A stretch of 64,000 bases of DNA, taken from positions 2,705 to 66,704 of IMG/VR virus record IMGVR_UViG_3300033066_000811, one strand, 5' to 3'. Below are positions 57,271 through 64,000 of the stretch, one piece after another; the stretch's first letter is position 1, and the number at the start of each line of letters is the position of its first letter. The notes under the pieces were generated by a model. That model was not told the origin of the DNA. It did no database searches and saw nothing but the letters and a program-made list of their open reading frames with translations. Source of the DNA: a virus. Taxonomy: Duplodnaviria; Caudoviricetes. Both the position numbers and the translations under genes were made by a program.

Positions 57271-57286
57271 GTCAAAGAACATTATA
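57271..57286 (+). promoter_or_regulatory. phage motif GTCAAAGAACATTATA
   Basis: One mismatch to the 15585/22539 motif; sits at the start of the right-hand plus-strand unit. Confidence 0.6.
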
Positions 57287-57351
57287 AGAAAGTGAGTATT
57301 TTGCAGGTTCGAGTACACAACTGTTACCTTTTTCTTGAAAGGGATGGAGAA

Positions 57352-57909
57352 ATGAAGACACTTTACATTGTTCGCGGCTTGCCGGGAACTGGTCAAGACG
57401 AGTGGATTGAAAAGAAGACAAACGAGATGTTGTCAGGTGGAATGGACCTGAACTTCTCAACAATGTTTGACTTCACAGTGTACCTGAAGAAGTACAACAG
57501 TGAAGGAAAGCTACTTGTTGAAAATGAAGAACCTTACACCAACTTCACAAAAGACATAATCACTCATATTGTCAGGGAAGAAGAATCCTCCGACGATATC
57601 ATCTTTGCAAAGATGATCGGGTCGGGAGTTTGGGAATACATGACATTCCTGAAGTGTGCTAAAGTGTTCCAGTATGAGATTGCCATAATGGAAATGGTAC
57701 TCAAGACAAAACCCGGAATGCTTCCATCAGCAATCAGTACAATCAATCAGGAAGAATATGACATGGGGCAATTGCTCAAGAAACTGTCTTCTTGGGAACC
57801 AGTACCGTTATTCTACAAACGGGACAGTTTCTTTGTTGAGACTCAGTACAACCCGAAGAAAAACAAAATACAGATAATGGATACAGTTGGACAATTTATT
57901 GATAAATGA
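57352..57909 (+). CDS. AAA_33/polynucleotide-kinase-like protein with a degenerate P-loop
   Basis: LYIVRGLPGTGQDEW (canonical RGLPGSGKST); GGAG RBS. Confidence 0.5.
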   Translation: MKTLYIVRGLPGTGQDEWIEKKTNEMLSGGMDLNFSTMFDFTVYLKKYNSEGKLLVENEEPYTNFTKDIITHIVREEESSDDIIFAKMIGSGVWEYMTFLKCAKVFQYEIAIMEMVLKTKPGMLPSAISTINQEEYDMGQLLKKLSSWEPVPLFYKRDSFFVETQYNPKKNKIQIMDTVGQFIDK

Positions 57910-57915
57910 GTCCAA

Positions 57916-57950
57916 AGACCTGTAGCTCAATTGGACAGAGCATTCGCCTT
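57916..57950 (+). tRNA. tRNA-Arg(UCU), 5' exon (positions 1-34)
   Basis: Acceptor AGACCTG, D-arm GCTC-AATTGGACA-GAGC with A20, anticodon stem TTCGC, loop CTT. Confidence 0.9.
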
Positions 57951-58558
57951 TAATTGAGGAGCGTTCAGTGTGGAAGATTGAGAAGATTGTTAAAAAGGGT
58001 GACTATTTGTATGCTATTGTGCGAAACCATCCAAATAGAACAAAAATGACTATGTGTTAATGCACAGAGTAGTCATGGAAAATCACCTAAAAAGACTTCT
58101 CAAGCCCTATGAGGTTGTTCACCATAAAAACAGGAATAAACATGACAATGCTATTAAAAACCTTGAAGTGTTGACTAAATCTGTTCATATACAGCAACAC
58201 GGACTTCAAGTTAAAAAGAAAATAGCAAAATGCAAATGTCCTGAATGTGGTGTTGTTTTTCTAAGAGCATACAATCAGACCCACTTGATTAAAAAAACAA
58301 AATACAATTTTGTTTGTTGTAGTAGGTCTTGTTCTGGAAAGTTCAAAAGAAAAATACAACTTCACGGATTAACCGCTGAAATGAAAGACACCGTATCGGT
58401 GAATATCCAAAGGGTTTACTACGGTAAGCTACCGGACAATACCGAGGAAACTTCAAACAAAAGGTTCCGTAGAGACTAAACGTGTCTCACCTGAAACGGT
58501 GGTGTTATAGTCCAGCACACAACACTTAATTGTGGTCATAGTAATATGATGTGTGAAG
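57951..58558 (+). mobile_element. group I self-splicing intron (608 nt) in the tRNA anticodon, between positions 34 and 35
   Basis: Exon ends in U with P1 CCUU/GAGG (U.G); P3 AGACAC/GTGTCT; P4 TCGGT/ACCGA; P7 GACTA 58474-58478/TAGTC 58508-58512; P8 CACC/GGTG; P9 CACAC/GTGTG; terminal G 58558. Confidence 0.88.
57968..58479 (+). CDS. intron-encoded HNH homing endonuclease with a -1 frameshift at about 58045
   Basis: GAGGAG RBS plus GTG 57968: WKIEK...KGDYLY...HPNRTK; then, in the -1 frame, NDYVLMHRVVMENHLKR...EVVHHKNRNKHDNAIKNLEV, CKCPEC, CCSRSC. Confidence 0.8.
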
Positions 58559-58597
58559 CTAAGCGAACGGTTCCGGGTTCGAGTCCCGGCAGGTCTA
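58559..58597 (+). tRNA. tRNA-Arg(UCU), 3' exon (positions 35-73; CCA not encoded)
   Basis: CTAA-GCGAA-CGGTT-CCGGG-TTCGAGT-CCCGG-CAGGTCT-A; pairs with the 5' exon acceptor and anticodon stems. Confidence 0.9.
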
Positions 58598-58630
58598 TTG
58601 TCCTTTAACCCTTTCTATGGAGTGTTTGGT

Positions 58631-59245
58631 ATGCAGATTTTTAACACAGAAGTTCTTCGTGACTGGGAAAATCTTCTTTCTTCTATGACAGAAAAAGAAA
58701 GAAAAATCATGATGAAAGCTATTGTTCAGGACGAAAAGAGAAGAACTGTCAAAAACCTTATTGGAGAAAATTCGTTGAGGGAATATACAGATATTGAAAC
58801 TGAAAAACCTCTTGTAGACATCCCTGCTTCTCCAATGAAACAGAATGAAGTCAAAAACAAAACTACTCTTCCAGAAAAAGATTATATAAGTGATGCAGAT
58901 AGTTACACTTGTTTAGGAGGATCAGTCACAGGATACACCAATTTCCCTCCAATTCCATATTTCCATGATGGGAAGTCTTCTTTCTCTGGAAACAAGTATT
59001 TTGTCAGGATTCATCCAAAAGCAGAGTCTATTCCGACTCCTGTGCCGAACAATCCCGACTTAAAGACCATTGGATACTTTGTGGATGCCTATATCATTGC
59101 AAAAGCATTAGGTATCATAAGTCATCCAGTTTTTCACGCATTCAAGAAAATTGCCTATGCTGGCAAGAGAGGAGGAAAAGGATACAGACAAGACATTCAA
59201 GAAGCGATTGATGCTCTCCAACGTGAACTCGAACTGACCAAGTAA
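58631..59245 (+). CDS. protein with C-terminal DUF3310-like domain
   Basis: VDAY...HAFKKIAYAGKRGGKGYRQDIQEAIDALQR. Confidence 0.6.
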   Translation: MQIFNTEVLRDWENLLSSMTEKERKIMMKAIVQDEKRRTVKNLIGENSLREYTDIETEKPLVDIPASPMKQNEVKNKTTLPEKDYISDADSYTCLGGSVTGYTNFPPIPYFHDGKSSFSGNKYFVRIHPKAESIPTPVPNNPDLKTIGYFVDAYIIAKALGIISHPVFHAFKKIAYAGKRGGKGYRQDIQEAIDALQRELELTK

Positions 59246-59275
59246 CTCAAACACTTTTCTCAAAGGATTCTGACC

Positions 59276-59653
59276 ATGAAGATTAAACTCAGTAAGAAAG
59301 ACCTGAAGCAATTACAGGAAGTAATGCCTCAGTCAAACGTGACTCTCTTCAAAAATAACATGGAAGTTGCCCGAAACCATCCTTCCATGAAGGCAGTTAA
59401 AGTAAAAGGACTCAGCATTCCAGACATATTCAAGAAACTTGCATTCATTACTGACATTATGAATGCAATCAAAAAGAACATTCTGGAACCTCTGAAGATT
59501 CCAATGACTTACTTTAACATGATTCTGGCTATTCTGGAAGAAATTCAGAGATTTAACCCGAATGTCGGGTTCTCTGTTTCTGACCACATCCTTACCGACA
59601 AAAAAGGCAATGAGTACCGTCTACTCTTTGCTTTCGACAAAAACAAGATTTAA
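59276..59653 (+). CDS. hypothetical protein
   Basis: 125-aa ORF with AAGGA RBS. Confidence 0.6.
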   Translation: MKIKLSKKDLKQLQEVMPQSNVTLFKNNMEVARNHPSMKAVKVKGLSIPDIFKKLAFITDIMNAIKKNILEPLKIPMTYFNMILAILEEIQRFNPNVGFSVSDHILTDKKGNEYRLLFAFDKNKI

Positions 59654-59663
59654 TTCACTTGAA

Positions 59664-59782
59664 ACACCTTTTAAGGTGTAGGCGTCACCTGCCTTGAGTG
59701 GTGATTGGAGCATGGACACCTGACTTAACCAATGCCGAAAACGCCAGCGAAAGAGGCGTGACAGCCGGAGAGACGGCTTTTT
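59664..59782 (+). ncRNA. candidate structured RNA upstream of thyX
   Basis: Stems ACACC/GGTGT, AGGC/GCCT, ATTGG/CCAAT, ACGCC/GGCGT, AGCCG/CGGCT plus T-run. Confidence 0.4.
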
Positions 59783-59801
59783 CTCTAAATGGAGTTTAAT
59801 A

Positions 59802-60701
59802 ATGCCTATTTCTGCTGAAGTTGTCTGTGATTCATTCAATACTGGTGAATATCTCCATAGAAATGCAAGACTAACTACCTTTGTCTTGACTTTTCCTCGT
59901 TATCTTCTTGCTGAATTTAACACTCACCGGGCATTTTCTCGTAATGCTGCTTCAAGTCGAGCCATTCCATTCAAGAAAATGCTCGATAAAGTCATAAAAG
60001 ACACTTACATTCCTGAAAAATGGATGAAAAAGCATTCAGGGATGCAGGGAACAGAGTATTTTGACTCAGAAACAGAAGAAAATGCTGTCAGTGAAATCAA
60101 ATTCGCATATAACAACGCCTTTAACAAGACAACAATGGCAGCAATTTACATGAATGAGTTGAATGTCAGTAAACAAATCACAAATAGACTGCTCGAACCG
60201 TTCAGTTACACAAAAAATATCGTGACAACAACGGTTTCCGGGTTTGAAAATTTTATCTCCCAGCGTTTTGACTCACAAGCAGACATAAATTTCTGCAAAC
60301 TCGCAGAAAAAATGCTCGAAGCATACAACAATTCCACTCCAAAATGTCTAAAAGCAGGGGACTGGCATGTTCCTTTCTCAGACATGGACCCTTCTTCGAG
60401 TGATTACTTAAATCAAGTCAAAATTTCAGTTGCAAAATGTGCCAGAGTGTCATATTTTGACTTTGATACACCAAAAACCATTGAAGATGATCTTAATTTA
60501 CATGACAATCTGATAATAAAGAAACATTGGAGTCCTTTTGAGCATCAAGCAATGGCGGGATACGAGTCACAAAATTCTGGAAACCTCAATGGTCCTTGGT
60601 TACAGTACAGAAAGTGTTTTTCTAGCTTTGAATGTCAAAGAGACGAAAGAGTAAGAAAATGGAAGTATTGTCCTGACACAGAAATCTTGCAAAGAATTTA
60701 A
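59802..60701 (+). CDS. thyX: FAD-dependent thymidylate synthase
   Basis: RYLLAEFNTHRAFSRNAASSRAIP, KCARVSY, HWSPFEHQA. Confidence 0.92.
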   Translation: MPISAEVVCDSFNTGEYLHRNARLTTFVLTFPRYLLAEFNTHRAFSRNAASSRAIPFKKMLDKVIKDTYIPEKWMKKHSGMQGTEYFDSETEENAVSEIKFAYNNAFNKTTMAAIYMNELNVSKQITNRLLEPFSYTKNIVTTTVSGFENFISQRFDSQADINFCKLAEKMLEAYNNSTPKCLKAGDWHVPFSDMDPSSSDYLNQVKISVAKCARVSYFDFDTPKTIEDDLNLHDNLIIKKHWSPFEHQAMAGYESQNSGNLNGPWLQYRKCFSSFECQRDERVRKWKYCPDTEILQRI

Positions 60702-60709
60702 TTTTTCTG

Positions 60710-60738
60710 TTGCCACTGTTTTTTACTTCTGATAAAAT
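60710..60738 (+). promoter_or_regulatory. sigma70-type early promoter TTGCCA-17-TAAAAT
   Basis: -35 at 60710-60715, -10 at 60733-60738; intergenic. Confidence 0.7.
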
Positions 60739-60794
60739 TTCTAAACTTGGTAAAACTGGTAATTCGCCAGCAACCATGAAACGGAGTGAATGAC

Positions 60795-61070
60795 ATGACC
60801 AAGACGAAAAAGAACACGACCGTTGTGTCCACCAAGACAAACACCATCGTGAACATTGAACGCGATATGTCAATGGAGCAGATCAAGTTTGACCTGCAAC
60901 GTGCAAAACTCCGCCAAGTGACTTTATTCAAGATCGGGTCACTTGCGACACTTTCTGTAACTCGAATGGGACCAAACTCATTCCAAGTACCCGGAAAGGT
61001 GGTCGAAATGCTAACTCTGACAGAAACCGTCCAGAAACTCTATAATATGTCAAGAGAAATCATGTTATGA
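60795..61070 (+). CDS. hypothetical early protein
   Basis: GGAG RBS; first ORF after the promoter. Confidence 0.55.
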   Translation: MTKTKKNTTVVSTKTNTIVNIERDMSMEQIKFDLQRAKLRQVTLFKIGSLATLSVTRMGPNSFQVPGKVVEMLTLTETVQKLYNMSREIML

Positions 61071-61297
61071 GTTTTATGGACAAACTCTACACGACTTGGT
61101 GCTACCTGAAAGGGATCAGCACCAAGTCTGTTTTTATAGTTGAGTATGACAAATCTTACAGCAAAGAAACAATCGAAAAAGGACTTGCTCTCACAGCATT
61201 GTCCAAAAGATATGGAGAACTCCCCGTATCTGTCAGATTCAAAGCACACTTTGAAGATTGGTCCAAAGAAAAATTTCTTCGTTATATTACTCAATGA
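61067..61297 (+). CDS. hypothetical protein
   Basis: ATGA-coupled ORF. Confidence 0.5.
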   Translation: MSFMDKLYTTWCYLKGISTKSVFIVEYDKSYSKETIEKGLALTALSKRYGELPVSVRFKAHFEDWSKEKFLRYITQ

Positions 61298-61303
61298 GGT
61301 TTT

Positions 61304-61693
61304 ATGGAAATCACATACAATGACTCAGATGAAAACGAAGACATGTACGGATACTGTGAAAGATGCCGAATAGGTCTGAAGGAAAAAAGAAGTCTGTTAA
61401 AGACATGCAAGGAATGGAAAAAAATTGAAGAGGAACAGAAAAGAAAAACCCATCCAAATGACCCAAGAAAATGGACCTCCATAGAGGTTCATAGACTTAT
61501 GGGGAATTCCTTTGGTGCAAGAGAAACCGATCTTACCGGATTCTGCCCGAAGTGTCATGATCTTATCAGATTCAACAGACTAACTTGGACGGACACAGTT
61601 CTGTTCATCCTGTTTGTCATAGCATTGTTCGCAGCTTTTGTCGGATTCTTTTACGGTTTCTTTGAAGTCTTAAAAAGGATGGGTGCTCCATGA
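61304..61693 (+). CDS. Zn-finger plus C-terminal TM protein
   Basis: CERC...CPKC; VLFILFVIALFAAFVGFFYGFF. Confidence 0.6.
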   Translation: MEITYNDSDENEDMYGYCERCRIGLKEKRSLLKTCKEWKKIEEEQKRKTHPNDPRKWTSIEVHRLMGNSFGARETDLTGFCPKCHDLIRFNRLTWTDTVLFILFVIALFAAFVGFFYGFFEVLKRMGAP

Positions 61694-62073
61694 CAATTTT
61701 ACTTGAAGCAGACAAAAATGGAACCATGCTAACCGAAAAAGAAGCATGGAATTTCATCAAAGAAGTCTTTGAAGCAGAAAGAGCACCAGCATCAGTCTAT
61801 ATATTTTATGGACTTAATCTGAGTGCTTCTGTTATCTTTGGAATGTGTGACATTATCCAGTTCCTTGAAGGAAACAGTTACATCACTGGCGTTACTCATG
61901 ACCTGATGATAGACAAAATTAAAAAGAGCATGAGAGAAAGTGGACGAAATCCAAACATGAGACAGTATTTGTTTGATGAAGATGACAGAGAATCCAGAGT
62001 TAAATACTGCCAAGAACGTATACTGGAACGCATACAAGAGATTAAAAATGAAGAAGTACAAAAGAATGTCTAG
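61690..62073 (+). CDS. hypothetical protein, paralog family copy 1
   Basis: TEKEAW...GMCDII...YLFD...RVKYC. Confidence 0.65.
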   Translation: MTILLEADKNGTMLTEKEAWNFIKEVFEAERAPASVYIFYGLNLSASVIFGMCDIIQFLEGNSYITGVTHDLMIDKIKKSMRESGRNPNMRQYLFDEDDRESRVKYCQERILERIQEIKNEEVQKNV

Positions 62074-62449
62074 TAGGGAAATGTGGACCTATGTTCGGGA
62101 CTGCTATAAAGTCAAGATGCCTCTCAAGATAAGAACTTGGTTCAGAACCAATATAGCAGACCATACAAACAGTGAAATAGGTATTTGTCATATTATTGCC
62201 TTTCTTGGAAGAGAGGACAGAATACTTGTCGTTCAGGAAATGTTAGCCAAGGTTCATATCAAAAATTACAGAACGACTTTGTCAGAATCAGACTTAGTTG
62301 ACTGGTTTCCTTATCTGTTCCCTAAAAAGGACAAAGAAAAGAGAATCGAGTTCTGTGAAAAGATGATTAAGGAATCATCCAATGTCGTTCCCGAAAAGAT
62401 TTTCATTGAATCAAAACCAACAATGAATAACAAAGTCTTATCACACTAA
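62066..62449 (+). CDS. hypothetical protein, paralog family copy 2
   Basis: SSREMW...GICHII...YLFP...RIEFC. Confidence 0.65.
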   Translation: MSSREMWTYVRDCYKVKMPLKIRTWFRTNIADHTNSEIGICHIIAFLGREDRILVVQEMLAKVHIKNYRTTLSESDLVDWFPYLFPKKDKEKRIEFCEKMIKESSNVVPEKIFIESKPTMNNKVLSH

Positions 62450-62462
62450 CTGAGGAATACTC

Positions 62463-62924
62463 ATGATGACAGAAAAACAGGCTTGGTTGTATATGGCGGA
62501 TTTTTACAGCAAGGAACACAATCAGATAAAGATAACTTATCATAGCAAAACAACCAATTCACAACAGACTGCTTATTACTATGTCTATCTATGGGGGAAT
62601 AACTGGAATGTAACAGACGAAGATTTATATGATTCAGTCTACACAGGATGTTATCTGAGAATTGGAGGTATGTGTTCTCTTCTGACTTGTCTGATTCAAC
62701 AGAAGAGTATTTCCAGAATGGTTAAAGATAAAATGTCTGCAAAAATAGAAGATACTCTGGATAGTCTTCTACAGAAATCTTGTGGAAAACGCAGTTCAGC
62801 ATATCTCTTTGATATGACTAAAGAAGGACATCTATTAAGAGTTGCATACTGTACCGCTCAGGCCAACGAAATAAAGGACACAATATATGGACTACCCTCT
62901 TCCTCTTCATCCGATACCGTTTGA
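62463..62924 (+). CDS. hypothetical protein, paralog family copy 3
   Basis: TEKQAW...GMCSLL...YLFD...RVAYC. Confidence 0.65.
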   Translation: MMTEKQAWLYMADFYSKEHNQIKITYHSKTTNSQQTAYYYVYLWGNNWNVTDEDLYDSVYTGCYLRIGGMCSLLTCLIQQKSISRMVKDKMSAKIEDTLDSLLQKSCGKRSSAYLFDMTKEGHLLRVAYCTAQANEIKDTIYGLPSSSSSDTV

Positions 62925-63025
62925 ACTCATGTTCAAAAACTCCAAGAAAGTCAAAGCAATAGACACTTACACAAGAGAAAACATGAACACCCACAAATGT
63001 CCAGACTGCGGAGGCGACGGATTTC

Positions 63026-63364
63026 ATGCTGGAAACAGAGGCCGGAAAATGCAGAGCCATTTACGACACGACAGGCAATTACCCGGTTGCGTTTGTTCCG
63101 CTTGGCTTGCCTGATTCTGATTTATATTCCGCTATCATCGCCGATTTACCTGAGATAGTAAGGGCTGCCAATAGTTTTTCATTGTACATGGTACAAATGA
63201 AAAAACTGTTTACAGAGTTCTCCACAGTCAAAGCAGAAAAGCCTGACGATTACGAGCGGGAAAAATGGGAGATTGCCGAAAAGATTCGGCAATTGTTAGT
63301 CGATGCGGTTAAAGAAATCCAAAAAACAAATGCAAAGTCTAAGGGGGTGCGTGATGACGATTAG
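63026..63364 (+). CDS. hypothetical protein (start uncertain)
   Basis: ADLPEIVRAANSF pattern common in small phage proteins. Confidence 0.5.
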   Translation: MLETEAGKCRAIYDTTGNYPVAFVPLGLPDSDLYSAIIADLPEIVRAANSFSLYMVQMKKLFTEFSTVKAEKPDDYEREKWEIAEKIRQLLVDAVKEIQKTNAKSKGVRDDD

Positions 63365-63557
63365 GTTTGAGCCGAAAATATGGCTTCTTAAAAACGACCG
63401 CTTTGAAATCATCCAATGGCAAGAAGACAATTTTACGGCCAAAGATTTTGAAGCTGAAGACGAGATTGATTGTTCAGGCGACTTGCCCACGTTTAACAAA
63501 GCCGTCGCGTGGTGCGAGTCACGGTCCGCAGCGGGCCAAGGGGAGGCCAAGTCATGA
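63354..63557 (+). CDS. hypothetical protein
   Basis: GGGGG RBS-like sequence; coupled to neighbours. Confidence 0.45.
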   Translation: MTIRFEPKIWLLKNDRFEIIQWQEDNFTAKDFEAEDEIDCSGDLPTFNKAVAWCESRSAAGQGEAKS

Positions 63558-63952
63558 CCCCGACCGACGCGGCACGGCAGTTATTGGCACTGGCGGAACG
63601 GGCATCGCCCGTTCCGTGGAAGTATTATCCAGCAACCGAAGACGGACTTGTAAAGGTTCAAATGGGCGATGACCACGTTGTTGATTGGGACTTGGAAGGT
63701 ACTTGTCCAGAGTGTTTTGCGAATATGGAATTGATTGCCCATGCCCGCAACCACGGCCCCGACATCGCCCGTGCGTTGCTGGACGCGGAGGCCCGCATCG
63801 CGGACCTGGAGGGGGCACTGCGGGATTTACTTACATGGTTCCCCCAAAAACCATCTGAACCAAAATGGGAATTGAAGGCAGGCGAGTATGGGGCAGATGA
63901 TGCAATACAACACGCCCGCGAAACCCTAACCCCGGAAGGCGGTGGGAAGTGA
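63554..63952 (+). CDS. Ead/Ea22-like phage protein
   Basis: LLALAERASPVPW...NMELIAHARN...ALLDAEARIADLE; GGAGG RBS. Confidence 0.65.
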   Translation: MTPTDAARQLLALAERASPVPWKYYPATEDGLVKVQMGDDHVVDWDLEGTCPECFANMELIAHARNHGPDIARALLDAEARIADLEGALRDLLTWFPQKPSEPKWELKAGEYGADDAIQHARETLTPEGGGK

Positions 63953-64000
63953 CTCCAGCCGAAACCCTCGCTGCGACCCGTCCGATCAAGCGACCGCCAC

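Noticed and set aside
57948-58562. Reading the tRNA as an amber suppressor (CTA in the 3' exon)
   Set aside because: A CUA anticodon would leave a 6-nt loop; the U.G splice site and terminal G give the 7-nt loop CU-UCU-AA, and A20/C35 indicate Arg.
62887-63114. CPDCGGDG Zn-ribbon ORF possibly frameshift-fused to 63026
   Set aside because: Only half a Zn-finger pair, no slippery site, and overlapping frames make the true gene model unclear.
1-64000. Genome-wide TAG recoding (genetic code 15) as the explanation for the 53682 stop
   Set aside because: TAG cleanly ends many genes at expected boundaries (15519, 20028, 24664, 27640, 28399), and long genes are not fragmented under code 11.

Overview
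The window holds most of the genome of a tailed dsDNA phage of siphovirus type: tape measure and tail tube are present, and no sheath or integrase is seen. Several secreted, Pro-rich and Cys-rich proteins resemble those I associate with Planctomycetota phages, so the host assignment is inference only. Layout: (i) terS-terL on the minus strand at 2253 to <1; (ii) a plus-strand transcription/replication arm at 2491-31856 with type IB topoisomerase, a NusG paralog with a histone-H1-like tail, two sigma-like proteins, SNF2 helicase, primase, a lambda-O-like initiator with internal iterons, DnaB-like helicase, beta-clamp, split UDG-exo/PolA, clamp loader, gp32-like SSB, RecA, two adenine MTases, 5'-3' exonuclease, HJ resolvase and a three-piece Rad50 with Mre11; (iii) a palindrome-rich convergence region at 31857-32106; (iv) a minus-strand virion arm at 57134 to 32101; (v) a plus-strand arm at 57352-64000 with a tRNA, thyX and small early genes. 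Best findings: a tRNA-Arg(UCU) gene interrupted by a 608-nt group I intron that carries a frameshifted HNH homing endonuclease overlapping the ribozyme core; a head-fibre gene joined in frame across one TAG to a PKD plus serine-protease module; a phage NusG paralog plus TopIB; an oop-like antisense unit at the initiator gene; two recurrent regulatory motifs; and a lysis-like cassette built on a papain-family peptidase with no recognisable peptidoglycan hydrolase. All family calls come from motif recognition by eye; no searches were run.
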